From positions 1 to 64,000 of the forward strand of contig CAZKED010000001.1 of the NCBI GenBank assembly GCA_964551725.1: a stretch of 64,000 bases of DNA, read 5' to 3'. Shown piece after piece: positions 28,287 to 37,300 of this stretch (its first letter is position 1; each line of letters opens with the position of its first letter). Under the pieces are notes generated by a model. It had not been told where the DNA came from and made no database searches. It saw only the letters and a program-made list of their open reading frames with translations. The translations under genes were made by a program, and so were the position numbers. The DNA comes from an uncultured archaeon (GTDB taxonomy: Archaea; Iainarchaeota; Iainarchaeia; Iainarchaeales; DTGL01).

Positions 28287-30451
28287 CTTCTCTCAACCCT
28301 CGGCTCCTCAGTTGCAATAACAGAGCCATCCGACCTTATGCACCATTCCTGCAGTACTGCCGCCATTCCGCTGGGCGTATCCGTAACAACCTCCATTGTA
28401 TAGCACTTTCCCTTTTCTATCATAGGGAACTTGAGGATTTTGTAAACAGGTCTTGTGACGAACTCGGTTTCCCCTTCAGCGTTCACGTAACTGAAGGTCA
28501 TTTCTGGAGCAAAGGGCTGCACCACCTCATATTCCACCCTGCCGCCCTCCTTGTCCAAAAGATTGAAGAACTCGTGTAAGTGCGCGTAAACCTCCTCAAG
28601 CGAGCCGAGCGGCTCGGCGCTTTCCTCCAGCATTACCGTCATAAACGCATTCTCCAGCTGCTGGCCTATAACCGCGTAATAGTTTATCACGTACTCCGAG
28701 CTCAGGAACAATTCAAGTGTTTCAGTGGGCGCGCTTTCAACGCTTTTCTCTGCCATTCCGAGCACGTCATGCGTTGCCACAATGTCAAGCGGGAATCCTG
28801 CTGGAACATTGAAAGTAGCAATGCCGCTGTAATCCGTTGTTTTATTCATTCTTTCAAGGCCGTGGCTTTCCTTTTCAACAAGCACTTCAGTGCCGCTCAC
28901 AGGATTCCTCGTTTCCTCCCCGTCCAGAACCTTTACCGTGAGGTTTTGCCCGGCAGCGAATTCGTCCAGTTCCCCCTGACCGGAAAAGGCGCCTGTGAAA
29001 TTTTCAGGCGAGTGGTTTGTCTTCAGTTTTACGTCAAAGAAAACGCTGATTTCGTAATTGTCCGGGCCTGCTTTCAATTCATAGGTCGAACCTTCCTTTT
29101 CATAGTAGGGTCCCTCAATGCCGCTAATCCTGTATAACAAAATTCCGTCCAGTCTCCAGCCTCCCGATTCAGCACCCTTATCGCATCTTTGACCCCATTC
29201 GCTCGTGTCCTCGTTTGCTTTCAAATACCTGCTGAATTCCTGGTAGCCGGCAGAGCAGTCAAGCCGCTGGTCTTCCCCGAAAAGAACGCCTTCCATGTAA
29301 ACGGCTATTTTTGCCTCTGCGGGCTCAATTTCTGTTAGTTCCCCGCCTGTTATCTCTTTTACGGCGGGCTTGAATTTAACCAGTTCAAACCTGTAAGTTG
29401 GATGACTTTCCCTGTCATGCAGCAAAAACCATTTGCTCAAAGCGGTTGCGTCAACGTATTTGGGGTCTGTGAAGGAAAAGGGCGCTGTGGCGTCGCCGCT
29501 CTGGAAGGAAATCTCCTTTTTTTCTCCCGACTGCCATTCCCTGAACTGACCAGCCATAAACCTTGCTCTTATAACGAAATCAGTTGTTTCCCCGAACGGG
29601 ACAAAAACTCCCTGAAGGTCTTCAAGTGTTTCAACCGCTTCCCCGGCAATCCACCTGTTGACCCTGACGTTCCTCGCTTCTTCATCCGTTTCAATTGTCG
29701 TGCCCTGGACAATCTGCTCTGCTTCCTCTTCCAACTGTGCCACGGCTTCTTCCAAATCCCCGGCAATCTGTTCCGCCTCGGAATCCGGACCGGAAGGAAC
29801 AGGAACGTGCTCGGCGGCATATTCGTCTATTTCCTCTTGAGAGGAAAACCATTTGTCCTGCCCGCTCTCCTGGAAGTATTCGCCCGTGTCAGGATTCTTC
29901 AGTTTCACTTCCAGTTCAACCTCAACGTTCCCGCCAGTTTCACCGTGCTCTGTCAACTCGTAGAACCCGCCCAGCGAATAGTAAGCAAAATACGGGCCTG
30001 TTATTTCCTTCACCCTGAAAACCGCAAGACCGCTTGTTCCGCCGGCGTCAACGCTTTGCTCGCTGTCCAGCGGATGAATCTTGCTTCTCGCCGTGCCCGG
30101 ACAGCAGTCCGCCACTACTCCGTTATAATAGCACAAAATTGTTGCCTGCGGCACCGGGTTGCCGTTCTTTTCAACCTCAATCTCTTCCCCGGAAAGGCTG
30201 TCGCCGTCCTTCAAGCGCGGGTAGTGGTCGCCTGAAACACTGAAGGAAAATTCCGCCTGGTCCTTTAAGAGCAGGGCGCTGGCGTCAACTACTGCGTCCT
30301 GCAATGGTTCAACCTGCACTTTTTTGTATTCCTCGTTTCCCACGTCCAAGCCCGCGAAATCAACGCTTCCTGTTGCAGTGAACGAAAAAACTGCACTGGA
30401 AAAAAGCAGGAGGAAAACGGGAATGAGGAGTTTTGCGAACTTCATTTGCAC
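28283..30451 (-). CDS. Secreted 722-aa acidic protein with internal domain duplication
   Basis: Signal peptide; GLAVFRVKEITGPYF...YEL...EVKLK...FSSQEEIDEYAA recurs as GILLYRISGIEGPYY...YEL...DVKLK...FSGQGELDEFAA; CarboxypepD-reg-like segment. Confidence 0.8.
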   Translation of the reverse strand: MQMKFAKLLIPVFLLLFSSAVFSFTATGSVDFAGLDVGNEEYKKVQVEPLQDAVVDASALLLKDQAEFSFSVSGDHYPRLKDGDSLSGEEIEVEKNGNPVPQATILCYYNGVVADCCPGTARSKIHPLDSEQSVDAGGTSGLAVFRVKEITGPYFAYYSLGGFYELTEHGETGGNVEVELEVKLKNPDTGEYFQESGQDKWFSSQEEIDEYAAEHVPVPSGPDSEAEQIAGDLEEAVAQLEEEAEQIVQGTTIETDEEARNVRVNRWIAGEAVETLEDLQGVFVPFGETTDFVIRARFMAGQFREWQSGEKKEISFQSGDATAPFSFTDPKYVDATALSKWFLLHDRESHPTYRFELVKFKPAVKEITGGELTEIEPAEAKIAVYMEGVLFGEDQRLDCSAGYQEFSRYLKANEDTSEWGQRCDKGAESGGWRLDGILLYRISGIEGPYYEKEGSTYELKAGPDNYEISVFFDVKLKTNHSPENFTGAFSGQGELDEFAAGQNLTVKVLDGEETRNPVSGTEVLVEKESHGLERMNKTTDYSGIATFNVPAGFPLDIVATHDVLGMAEKSVESAPTETLELFLSSEYVINYYAVIGQQLENAFMTVMLEESAEPLGSLEEVYAHLHEFFNLLDKEGGRVEYEVVQPFAPEMTFSYVNAEGETEFVTRPVYKILKFPMIEKGKCYTMEVVTDTPSGMAAVLQEWCIRSDGSVIATEEPRVERR

Positions 30452-31029
30452 ACCTCCTCAAGCGCGGCGAGGTAGTATTTCAGTTTTTCGATTTCGAGTT
30501 CTTCCTTTGAAACCGTTTCGGAGGAAAACAACGCGATTTTTTCCGCTTTCGTGGGGTGAATCCTGTAGAAATCGCTGGCATTCGCAACGTAATCGTTCGT
30601 GGAATCAAGCAGTAGTTCGGATTCCTGCACCAGCTGGGAATAAAGAGAGAGCTTGTCGCAGGCGCTCCCGGCCGCAGAGGAAAGCGCGGACTGCAGCGAG
30701 GCGAGCTTTTTCTCCCTCAAAACGTAATCAATAAGGGAATCATAGACAGTGGCGAGGTGCACTGCCGAATCACTGCGGGCACTCGCTTTGAACAACGCGA
30801 GTTCGCCCTTTATTTCGTGAAGCGTGGATTCAGGCATTTCTTTGAGTTCGTCTATTGCAAGGTGCAGTTTCTCTTCCTTAACGCCGCGGTCCATCCAAAT
30901 GCGCGCCATTTCCCCGAACTCGGAATCAAAGGAAGGGGCGAAAACAACAGTGAAAAGAGCGGCAGCCATGAGCAAAACTGCAGCAATTGCAAGAATTAAA
31001 GCCAGCGAATGCCTTGCCAAAAACCTCAC
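30442..31029 (-). CDS. N-terminally anchored helical protein; first gene of the five-gene operon
   Basis: GTG start; TM helix; FDSEFGEMARIWMDRG..LH...L...Y..L.DY....C...YV..A..F...P. Confidence 0.8.
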   Translation of the reverse strand: MRFLARHSLALILAIAAVLLMAAALFTVVFAPSFDSEFGEMARIWMDRGVKEEKLHLAIDELKEMPESTLHEIKGELALFKASARSDSAVHLATVYDSLIDYVLREKKLASLQSALSSAAGSACDKLSLYSQLVQESELLLDSTNDYVANASDFYRIHPTKAEKIALFSSETVSKEELEIEKLKYYLAALEEVCK

Positions 31030-31134
31030 CTTTTAACTAATAAAAATTAACCTGCGTTGTTATTTTAAAATTCACTATTATAAGGGCGTTCGCCCTATTT
31101 AAACATTTCGCGGCAATTTTTTGATGTGGTCTGA

Positions 31135-32070
31135 ATGGATGCACTGGACTTGGCAGTAATCGGCGCTGGCCCCGCCGGAATCACCGCCGCAATTTACGCC
31201 AAAAGGAAGAATTTGGGCATCCGGCTATTTGACAAAAAAATCGCCGGGGGCTACGTCGCTGACGCCGTGCTTTTGGAGAACTACACGGGCTTTGAGGCAA
31301 TAAAGGGCATCGAGCTCGCGAGAAAAATGCAGCAGCACGCACGCGCGCAGGGAATTGAAATTGAAGAAGGAACAGGGGTAAAGCACGCGCGCAAATCCGG
31401 GGACAAATTCGAACTGGAACTCGGCGGCGGAAAAAAACTCCAGGCGCGCGTCATAATACTTGCCACAGGCACAACGCACAGGCACTTGAACGTGCCGGGC
31501 GAGAAAGAACTGCAAGGAAAAGGCGTTGCTTATTGTGCAACATGCGACGGACCCCTGTTCAAAGGGAAAAAAGTTGCGGTAATAGGCGGCGGGAACTCCG
31601 GGGCAACAAATGCACTGTTCTTGGCGGACATTTGCGAAAAAGTTTTTCTGGTTGAATTTTCCCCGCGGCTGAAATGCGACGATGTTTACAGGAAGCGGCT
31701 GGCGGAAAAGAAAAACATTGAAGTGCTGACCGGAACAAGGACGACGAGAATTCTGGGCGAAACTGCAGTTGAGGGAATTGAAGTTGAGCCCGCAAAAGGC
31801 GGAGAGAAAAAAACAATTGACTGCTCCGCGGTGTTCGTTTACGCCGGCATGCTGCCGCAGAGCTCGCTCGCCAAAGAACTCGGTTGCAGGGTGAACGAGC
31901 ACGGATACATTGAAACAGGCAGGGACCACAGTACAAGCGTTCCCGGGGTTTTCGCTGCGGGCGATGTTACCGGAGCGTTCGCCCAGGCAATCGTTGCCGC
32001 GGGACAGGGGGCAATTGCGGCTGAAGCGGCTTACAATTTTTTGCAGAAAAAGCGAAGGGAATCCGCGTGA
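31135..32070 (+). CDS. trxB: Thioredoxin reductase
   Basis: IGAGPAG, ILATG, YCATCDG, IGGGNSG, GVFAAGD. Confidence 0.92.
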   Translation: MDALDLAVIGAGPAGITAAIYAKRKNLGIRLFDKKIAGGYVADAVLLENYTGFEAIKGIELARKMQQHARAQGIEIEEGTGVKHARKSGDKFELELGGGKKLQARVIILATGTTHRHLNVPGEKELQGKGVAYCATCDGPLFKGKKVAVIGGGNSGATNALFLADICEKVFLVEFSPRLKCDDVYRKRLAEKKNIEVLTGTRTTRILGETAVEGIEVEPAKGGEKKTIDCSAVFVYAGMLPQSSLAKELGCRVNEHGYIETGRDHSTSVPGVFAAGDVTGAFAQAIVAAGQGAIAAEAAYNFLQKKRRESA

Positions 32071-32696
32071 AAATGGAGGAGCAGGAGTTTTATTATTCTT
32101 CTATAAGAGGAAGGATGCTGGGCGGGAAGGCGCGCGAGCACCTAATCGATGCCCTGATAAGAAAAAACGCCGGGGAAAGCTTTATTGAAGTGGGATGCGG
32201 CGCGGGGCATTACGTTAAGAAAGCATTCAGCATGTTTTCCCTCTGCGCCGGCGTTGACCTGCGGCTCGGCAAACTTTTTCTCGCGCGCGGAAAAACGGGC
32301 TGCGACAACTTTGCAAACGCTGACGCCGAATTCCTTCCATTCAAAAATTCGAGTTTCGATTTTGTATTGTGCACTGAAATGCTGGAGCACGTTCCGCAGT
32401 GGAAAAAAGCGCTGGCGGAACTCAGAAGGATTGCGGGAAAAAAAATCCTGCTGAGCATTCCCCTGGAGCACGGGTTTTTTTGGAAGGCATTCTCCCTTTT
32501 TTACGGAATGGACACCCGCGGGCACCTGCACAAGCTGGACAGGAAAAAAATCGAATCGCAGATGAAGGGCTGGAAACTGCGGGAATTCAGCCTTGTGTGC
32601 ACTCCCTCGCGGAGGCTCAACAAAAGAATAGGGAACAGGGCGGGGGAAAGGGGGAGCATGTACGCTGTAATGCTGTTCGGGAAAGGCGGGAAATGA
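32067..32696 (+). CDS. Class I SAM-dependent methyltransferase
   Basis: EVGCGAG, ADAEFLPF..SSFD.V.C.EMLEH; GTGA overlap with trxB. Confidence 0.88.
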   Translation: MKMEEQEFYYSSIRGRMLGGKAREHLIDALIRKNAGESFIEVGCGAGHYVKKAFSMFSLCAGVDLRLGKLFLARGKTGCDNFANADAEFLPFKNSSFDFVLCTEMLEHVPQWKKALAELRRIAGKKILLSIPLEHGFFWKAFSLFYGMDTRGHLHKLDRKKIESQMKGWKLREFSLVCTPSRRLNKRIGNRAGERGSMYAVMLFGKGGK

Positions 32697-32702
32697 CAAG
32701 AT

Positions 32703-33452
32703 TCACTTTTCTGTCCATTTTTGTATTCTTTTCATTGTTTTCCCGAACGCGGGGAGTTCGTCAAAAACAAGGCTTTTGAGTTCTTTTTCAAAGTATTCCT
32801 GCTTTTGTTTTGCTTTTTCCAGGAATTCTTTTTTTGAAAATTTTTTGCCGCTGAATGCAAGTTTTTTGTCTGCAAGTTCTTGGTTGAAAGGAATTTTCTT
32901 TTTTTCAATCAAATAATGCAGGTCGTACACGTCTCTTGCTTTTTCCCTCGTCATTATTGCCCTTACTTTTTCTGCGCCAATCTCTTCCAAGCTCATGCCG
33001 GCTGCCCTTTTTGTCGGCAGGCCGTATTCCGGAAAATCAAGCTTTACGGGCAGGGGTGTTTTTGCAATGCCTTCCCTTTTGCTTATTTCCACGTAAACCC
33101 TGCATTCGTCAATGCGGGCAGTGTTGAGGGGACCTTTTGCGCTTATCCTGAACGAGAGCGTTGTTGCATTATTTGTGATTGTTTTGACTGCATTTTCTAT
33201 TCCGAACAGTTCAAGTGATTTGGAGACAATTGCAGGCAGGTTTTTTGGGAGAGCCTCTTTCGCTGTAAAGTCAAGGTCTTCCGAAAACCTCGGCAAGCCG
33301 TGGAAAAACCAAAGGTATGTTCCGCCCTTGAAAACCAGCGGATGCTCTGAAAGAATTTCAAGCATTACCGATTGAACGTAATGTTTTTCCTGCTGCCAGG
33401 GCTTTAAGCCTTTGAGTTTCGCTATCTCCAAAAGCTCTTTTTTTTCAATCAA
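32703..33452 (-). CDS. AbiEii-family nucleotidyltransferase toxin (type IV TA)
   Basis: VFKGGT, RFSEDLDF, AEKVRA..R.KARDVYD. Confidence 0.9.
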   Translation of the reverse strand: MIEKKELLEIAKLKGLKPWQQEKHYVQSVMLEILSEHPLVFKGGTYLWFFHGLPRFSEDLDFTAKEALPKNLPAIVSKSLELFGIENAVKTITNNATTLSFRISAKGPLNTARIDECRVYVEISKREGIAKTPLPVKLDFPEYGLPTKRAAGMSLEEIGAEKVRAIMTREKARDVYDLHYLIEKKKIPFNQELADKKLAFSGKKFSKKEFLEKAKQKQEYFEKELKSLVFDELPAFGKTMKRIQKWTEK

Positions 33453-34023
33453 TTGAAATCATTCTCTCCAGTTTTTTCTTTCCCCTGCCGTTGAATTTTT
33501 TCAGCAATTTCTCCAGCCTTCGCATGCTGATTTTTTTTGAAATCTCCTGCAGGTTTTTTTCCGAAAAAATGTTCAGGTACAACGCGTCAAGCACTGCCTT
33601 TTCGGGCTCTGCAACCATTACATAGCTTTTCCCCTTTGAGTGCTTCCTGAAGCCGTAAAGCAGCGAGCCCGGAATCTTGTGGTAGACAATGCCGAGTTCC
33701 CTGAACCTGAGCGAGTTTTTTGGCGTAACGCATTCAATGCTTTTCTGCACCTGCGCTGTTATTCCGTGGAACAAAAGCGCCGAACCAAGCGAAACATACG
33801 AGGGTTCAACGAGTTGCGTTGCAATGATGAACTCATCCTTTTCAAAAGAGATTTTTCCCTTAAGCACCCTCACGGCAAGCCCCTCCTTTACAAGCCTTGA
33901 AGCATACACCGTGCACACTGCTTTGGGCTTGCCTGTGAGATTGGACAACTGCTGCATTGAGAACACCGCCCTGCCTGATTCCAGTGCCATGTCCCTAATC
34001 CTGTACAAAGACAACCCTTTCAC
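33445..34023 (-). CDS. AbiEi-like antitoxin / wHTH regulator
   Basis: N-terminal HTH (VFS..QL...RL...G...R..KG), PSYVS..SAL..HG, AEPEKAVLD; GTG start after GGAGTGA; overlaps the toxin start. Confidence 0.85.
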   Translation of the reverse strand: MKGLSLYRIRDMALESGRAVFSMQQLSNLTGKPKAVCTVYASRLVKEGLAVRVLKGKISFEKDEFIIATQLVEPSYVSLGSALLFHGITAQVQKSIECVTPKNSLRFRELGIVYHKIPGSLLYGFRKHSKGKSYVMVAEPEKAVLDALYLNIFSEKNLQEISKKISMRRLEKLLKKFNGRGKKKLERMISID

Positions 34024-34027
34024 AGCA

Positions 34028-34079
34028 TCACTCCAAAACAACAATATTGTTATATTGGAATGACAGAACAATATTTAAG
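34028..34079 (-). promoter_or_regulatory. abiE promoter with imperfect palindromic operator
   Basis: TATA CTTAAATA (minus strand, 34072-34079); TCCAAAACAACAAT/ATTGTTATATTGGA (34032-34059), 12 of 14 pairs, between TATA and SD. Confidence 0.7.
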
Positions 34080-34147
34080 CTTATGCCGGGGGGAGCGGGC
34101 TCCGTGAAACTGAAAAATTATTGCCCTCCCGCACCTGAACCAAGAAA

Positions 34148-34207
34148 AACCGCGCAGGAGAAAAAGGAAGCATGTACGCAGTGCTTTTGTTCGAAAAAGA
34201 GCGCTGA
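34148..34207 (+). pseudogene. Displaced, diverged copy of the methyltransferase 3' end
   Basis: Encodes NRAGEKGSMYAVLLFEKER* versus NRAGERGSMYAVMLFGKGGK* at 32634-32696. Confidence 0.8.
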
Positions 34208-34317
34208 TTGCAGCAAAAACGGAAAAAAAAGCGCAAATCATACTTTTTAACTAAAAAAAGTTAATGGTTATTTTTTTAACCCTTTCATTGGGGAATTAGT
34301 ATGGTTGTAACCTAAAA

Positions 34318-34335
34318 CCGCAAGGGGGCTTGCGG
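34318..34335 (+). other. Short GC hairpin upstream of the giant adhesin gene
   Basis: CCGCAAG-GGGG-CTTGCGG followed by an A-tract. Confidence 0.45.
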
Positions 34336-34363
34336 AAAAAAAAAACCAATTGGGGGTAATTGA

Positions 34364-37300
34364 ATGAATCTTTATTCTGGAAACGCACATAACTATATTT
34401 TTAAAAAAATCTCTTTCTTTTTGGCAGTTCTTTTGCTTTTAACTCTGCTGACAGCGAGCGCGGGAGCGGTTGATTTCACGGACCGTTACGTCAATACGGA
34501 TGGAGTGTGCGGAGGGCTCACCCCGTGTTACACGACAATACAGAGCGCGATAGATGCGTCCGCCAGCGGAGACATCATTCATGTGGCAGCCGGCACTTAC
34601 AACGAAACCCCCGTAATAGACAAGCCCCTCATCTTGCGCGGCTATCAGGCCGATGTTGACCCAAGACCAAGCCAAGGCGGGAGAACAGGCGGCGAAGCAA
34701 TTATTGACGCAGGCGAGGCAAGCTCTTACGTTGTAAGAATAAACTCCGCGAGCGGCGTTGAAATAAACGGTTTTACCATTACCGGCGGAACAGGCGACAT
34801 GGTAGAGGAATCGGGTCACGCGGACAACCTCTTATTCCAGTACAACATTCTTTACGATGACCTCGGCTCAGTGGGAGACGAAGCACTCCAGGTAAAATAC
34901 TCGGACGGAGTGGTCATCCAATACAACTATGTTTACGATGCAGTCCAAGACGCCCTCAATTTATCATCCTCGACAAACGGAACAGTCCAATACAACGAAG
35001 TGCACGACATTTACTCGGAAAACGCGGCAATTTACTGTTATGACGCCACAAACATTGACATTATAGGCAACCTTGTTTACAATGTTCCAAACAACGACGG
35101 GATAAAACTCGGGGACAGCGGGGATGGAAGCACTGGCGGCTCTGTGCAGGACAACGTAGTACACGATGCAGCAGAAGACGGAATCACAATCTACGCTTCG
35201 GACGCAACCGTTGAAGGCAACGAAATATACAACTGCGGAAGCGAAAACGGGGCGCTGTACCTCTACGGAGCGGACAATGCAACGGTCAGCAACAACAAAA
35301 TCCACGACAACACTGCAATCGGAATACTTATCCACAACACGGACAACGTGACAGGGACAGGAAACGAAGTATACAACAACAATGATTCCGACGATTCAAA
35401 GTACGCTGGCTCGGCAGGAATCTGGGCTACAAATTCGGCAACAAACATCGATTTCAGCACGGACAACCAGGTTTACGGAAACACCGATTATGAAGTTAAA
35501 AACGAAAATGCAGGAGTGTTGCTCGCAACCCATAACTGGTGGGGTTCAGCTACAGGACCGGATGCCGCCAAAATTTACGGGAACGTTGAATACTGCCCTT
35601 GGCTTGACGCAGCACCTCCGGCGGGAACAGCCACTGGCCCAGTTGTAAACCAGGACACAGCCCAAGGTTACTGCTCAATCCAGGACGCGATAGACGATGC
35701 AACAGCGGGAGACACGATAAATGTTGCAGCAGGAACCTATACTGAAACAATTACGGTTAATAAGGATGTCACCTTGACTGGAGCAAATCAGGGCGTGGAC
35801 CCGGCAGGGAGCACCGACCGGGGCAGCGAGTCACTAATTGATGGCGAGATAACAATCACCGCCGCAGGAGCCACACTTAATGGGTTTAAGACTGACGGCC
35901 ACAGGGTACGAATTGATCATGCAGCCAATGTTGAAGTCAGTTATAATATTGTTGTGAATTCTAACACACACGGAATCTATATTGAGCCCTCTTCGGCAAA
36001 TGCCCAGATTTTATACAACACGGTTGCTGACCCTGAATGGCAGGGAATCTCCAATCAGGGGAATTCCGGGGTGGTTATCAGCCACAATCAGGTAACCGGC
36101 GTTTCAGACCAACAGCCAATAGAATCCACAAACCATGCCGGAACAAATATTGAAATTACATACAATGTGGTTTCGGGTTGTACTGGCGCGAAAGGAATTA
36201 ATTACTGGGGAGCTCCCGGAGCAGTAATCAGTTATAACCAGATTTCTGGCACTACCCATGAAGCCATTTTTTCAGACACGAAAACAAACACCATTATTGG
36301 CAACACCATCTCAAACACCGGCGGTCCGGGAATACAGCTTTACCCGGTAGCAGTCTCAGATGCCGGAGAGAAAAGTGTCATTAGCGGGAACACTATCTCT
36401 TCAACAAAATACCAAGGCATCACTGTGTTTGGGCAAGCCTATACAGAAATCAGCGATAATACTCTTACAGGGTGCAACTATTACGGTGCTGATGGAACCG
36501 GGGACTGGGACTACGCTGCAATTCATGTTGAAGACCTGGGCGGGTCTGCCGAATATTCCACAATAACCGGCAACACGGTGATTGACGGCATCAATGGAAT
36601 TCAGACCTGGTCAAACCATACTACAATAACAGACAATGAAATTTATGGCATGGGGAACACTTATGGAACTGAAAAAGTGGTTGGAGCCCGCACATACAAA
36701 AACTCCGCAATCCTTGTCGGGAGCAATTGGGGCTCCGGCGATTTGGACCCCGTAGGAACCATCATTGGAAACAACGACATACACGATAACTACTGGGGCT
36801 TATTCTATAGCGCTGACTTGACAAATGGCGTGACTGCCAAAAACAACTGGTGGGGCTCGGCTGACGGACCAAGCGGCTTCGGCCCAGGCAGCGGTGACCC
36901 GGTAAGCGATAACGTCGAATACTGCCCGTGGCTTGACTCGGCAGGCGGCGACCCGATTGGACCGGTAATGAACGGAAGCAACGCTTACTGCTCAATCCAA
37001 GCGGCAATAGATGACGCGAGCGCGGGAGACACGATTAGTGTTGCTGCGGGAACTCATGTACAAACCAGTGATCTTGTAATAGACAAGTCTTTAACAATCA
37101 CAAAATCCGGTTCGGAAAAACCCACTATTCAATTTGATGGAAAGTGCGACAATGTATCTGTAGAAGCCAGCAACGTTACAATCGATGGGATAAGATTTTA
37201 CAAAACAAACACAGAAGAAGGCTGGAATGGCAGTCCAACCTGTTCAGCAAATACAATACTGGACATGCCAAAAAACTGGGCCACTCCAGAAACTATCGTT

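Noticed and set aside
20487-31029. Prophage tail or tape-measure module explaining the SLT domain
   Set aside because: All products have signal peptides or anchors, and no capsid, terminase, portal or integrase is recognisable.
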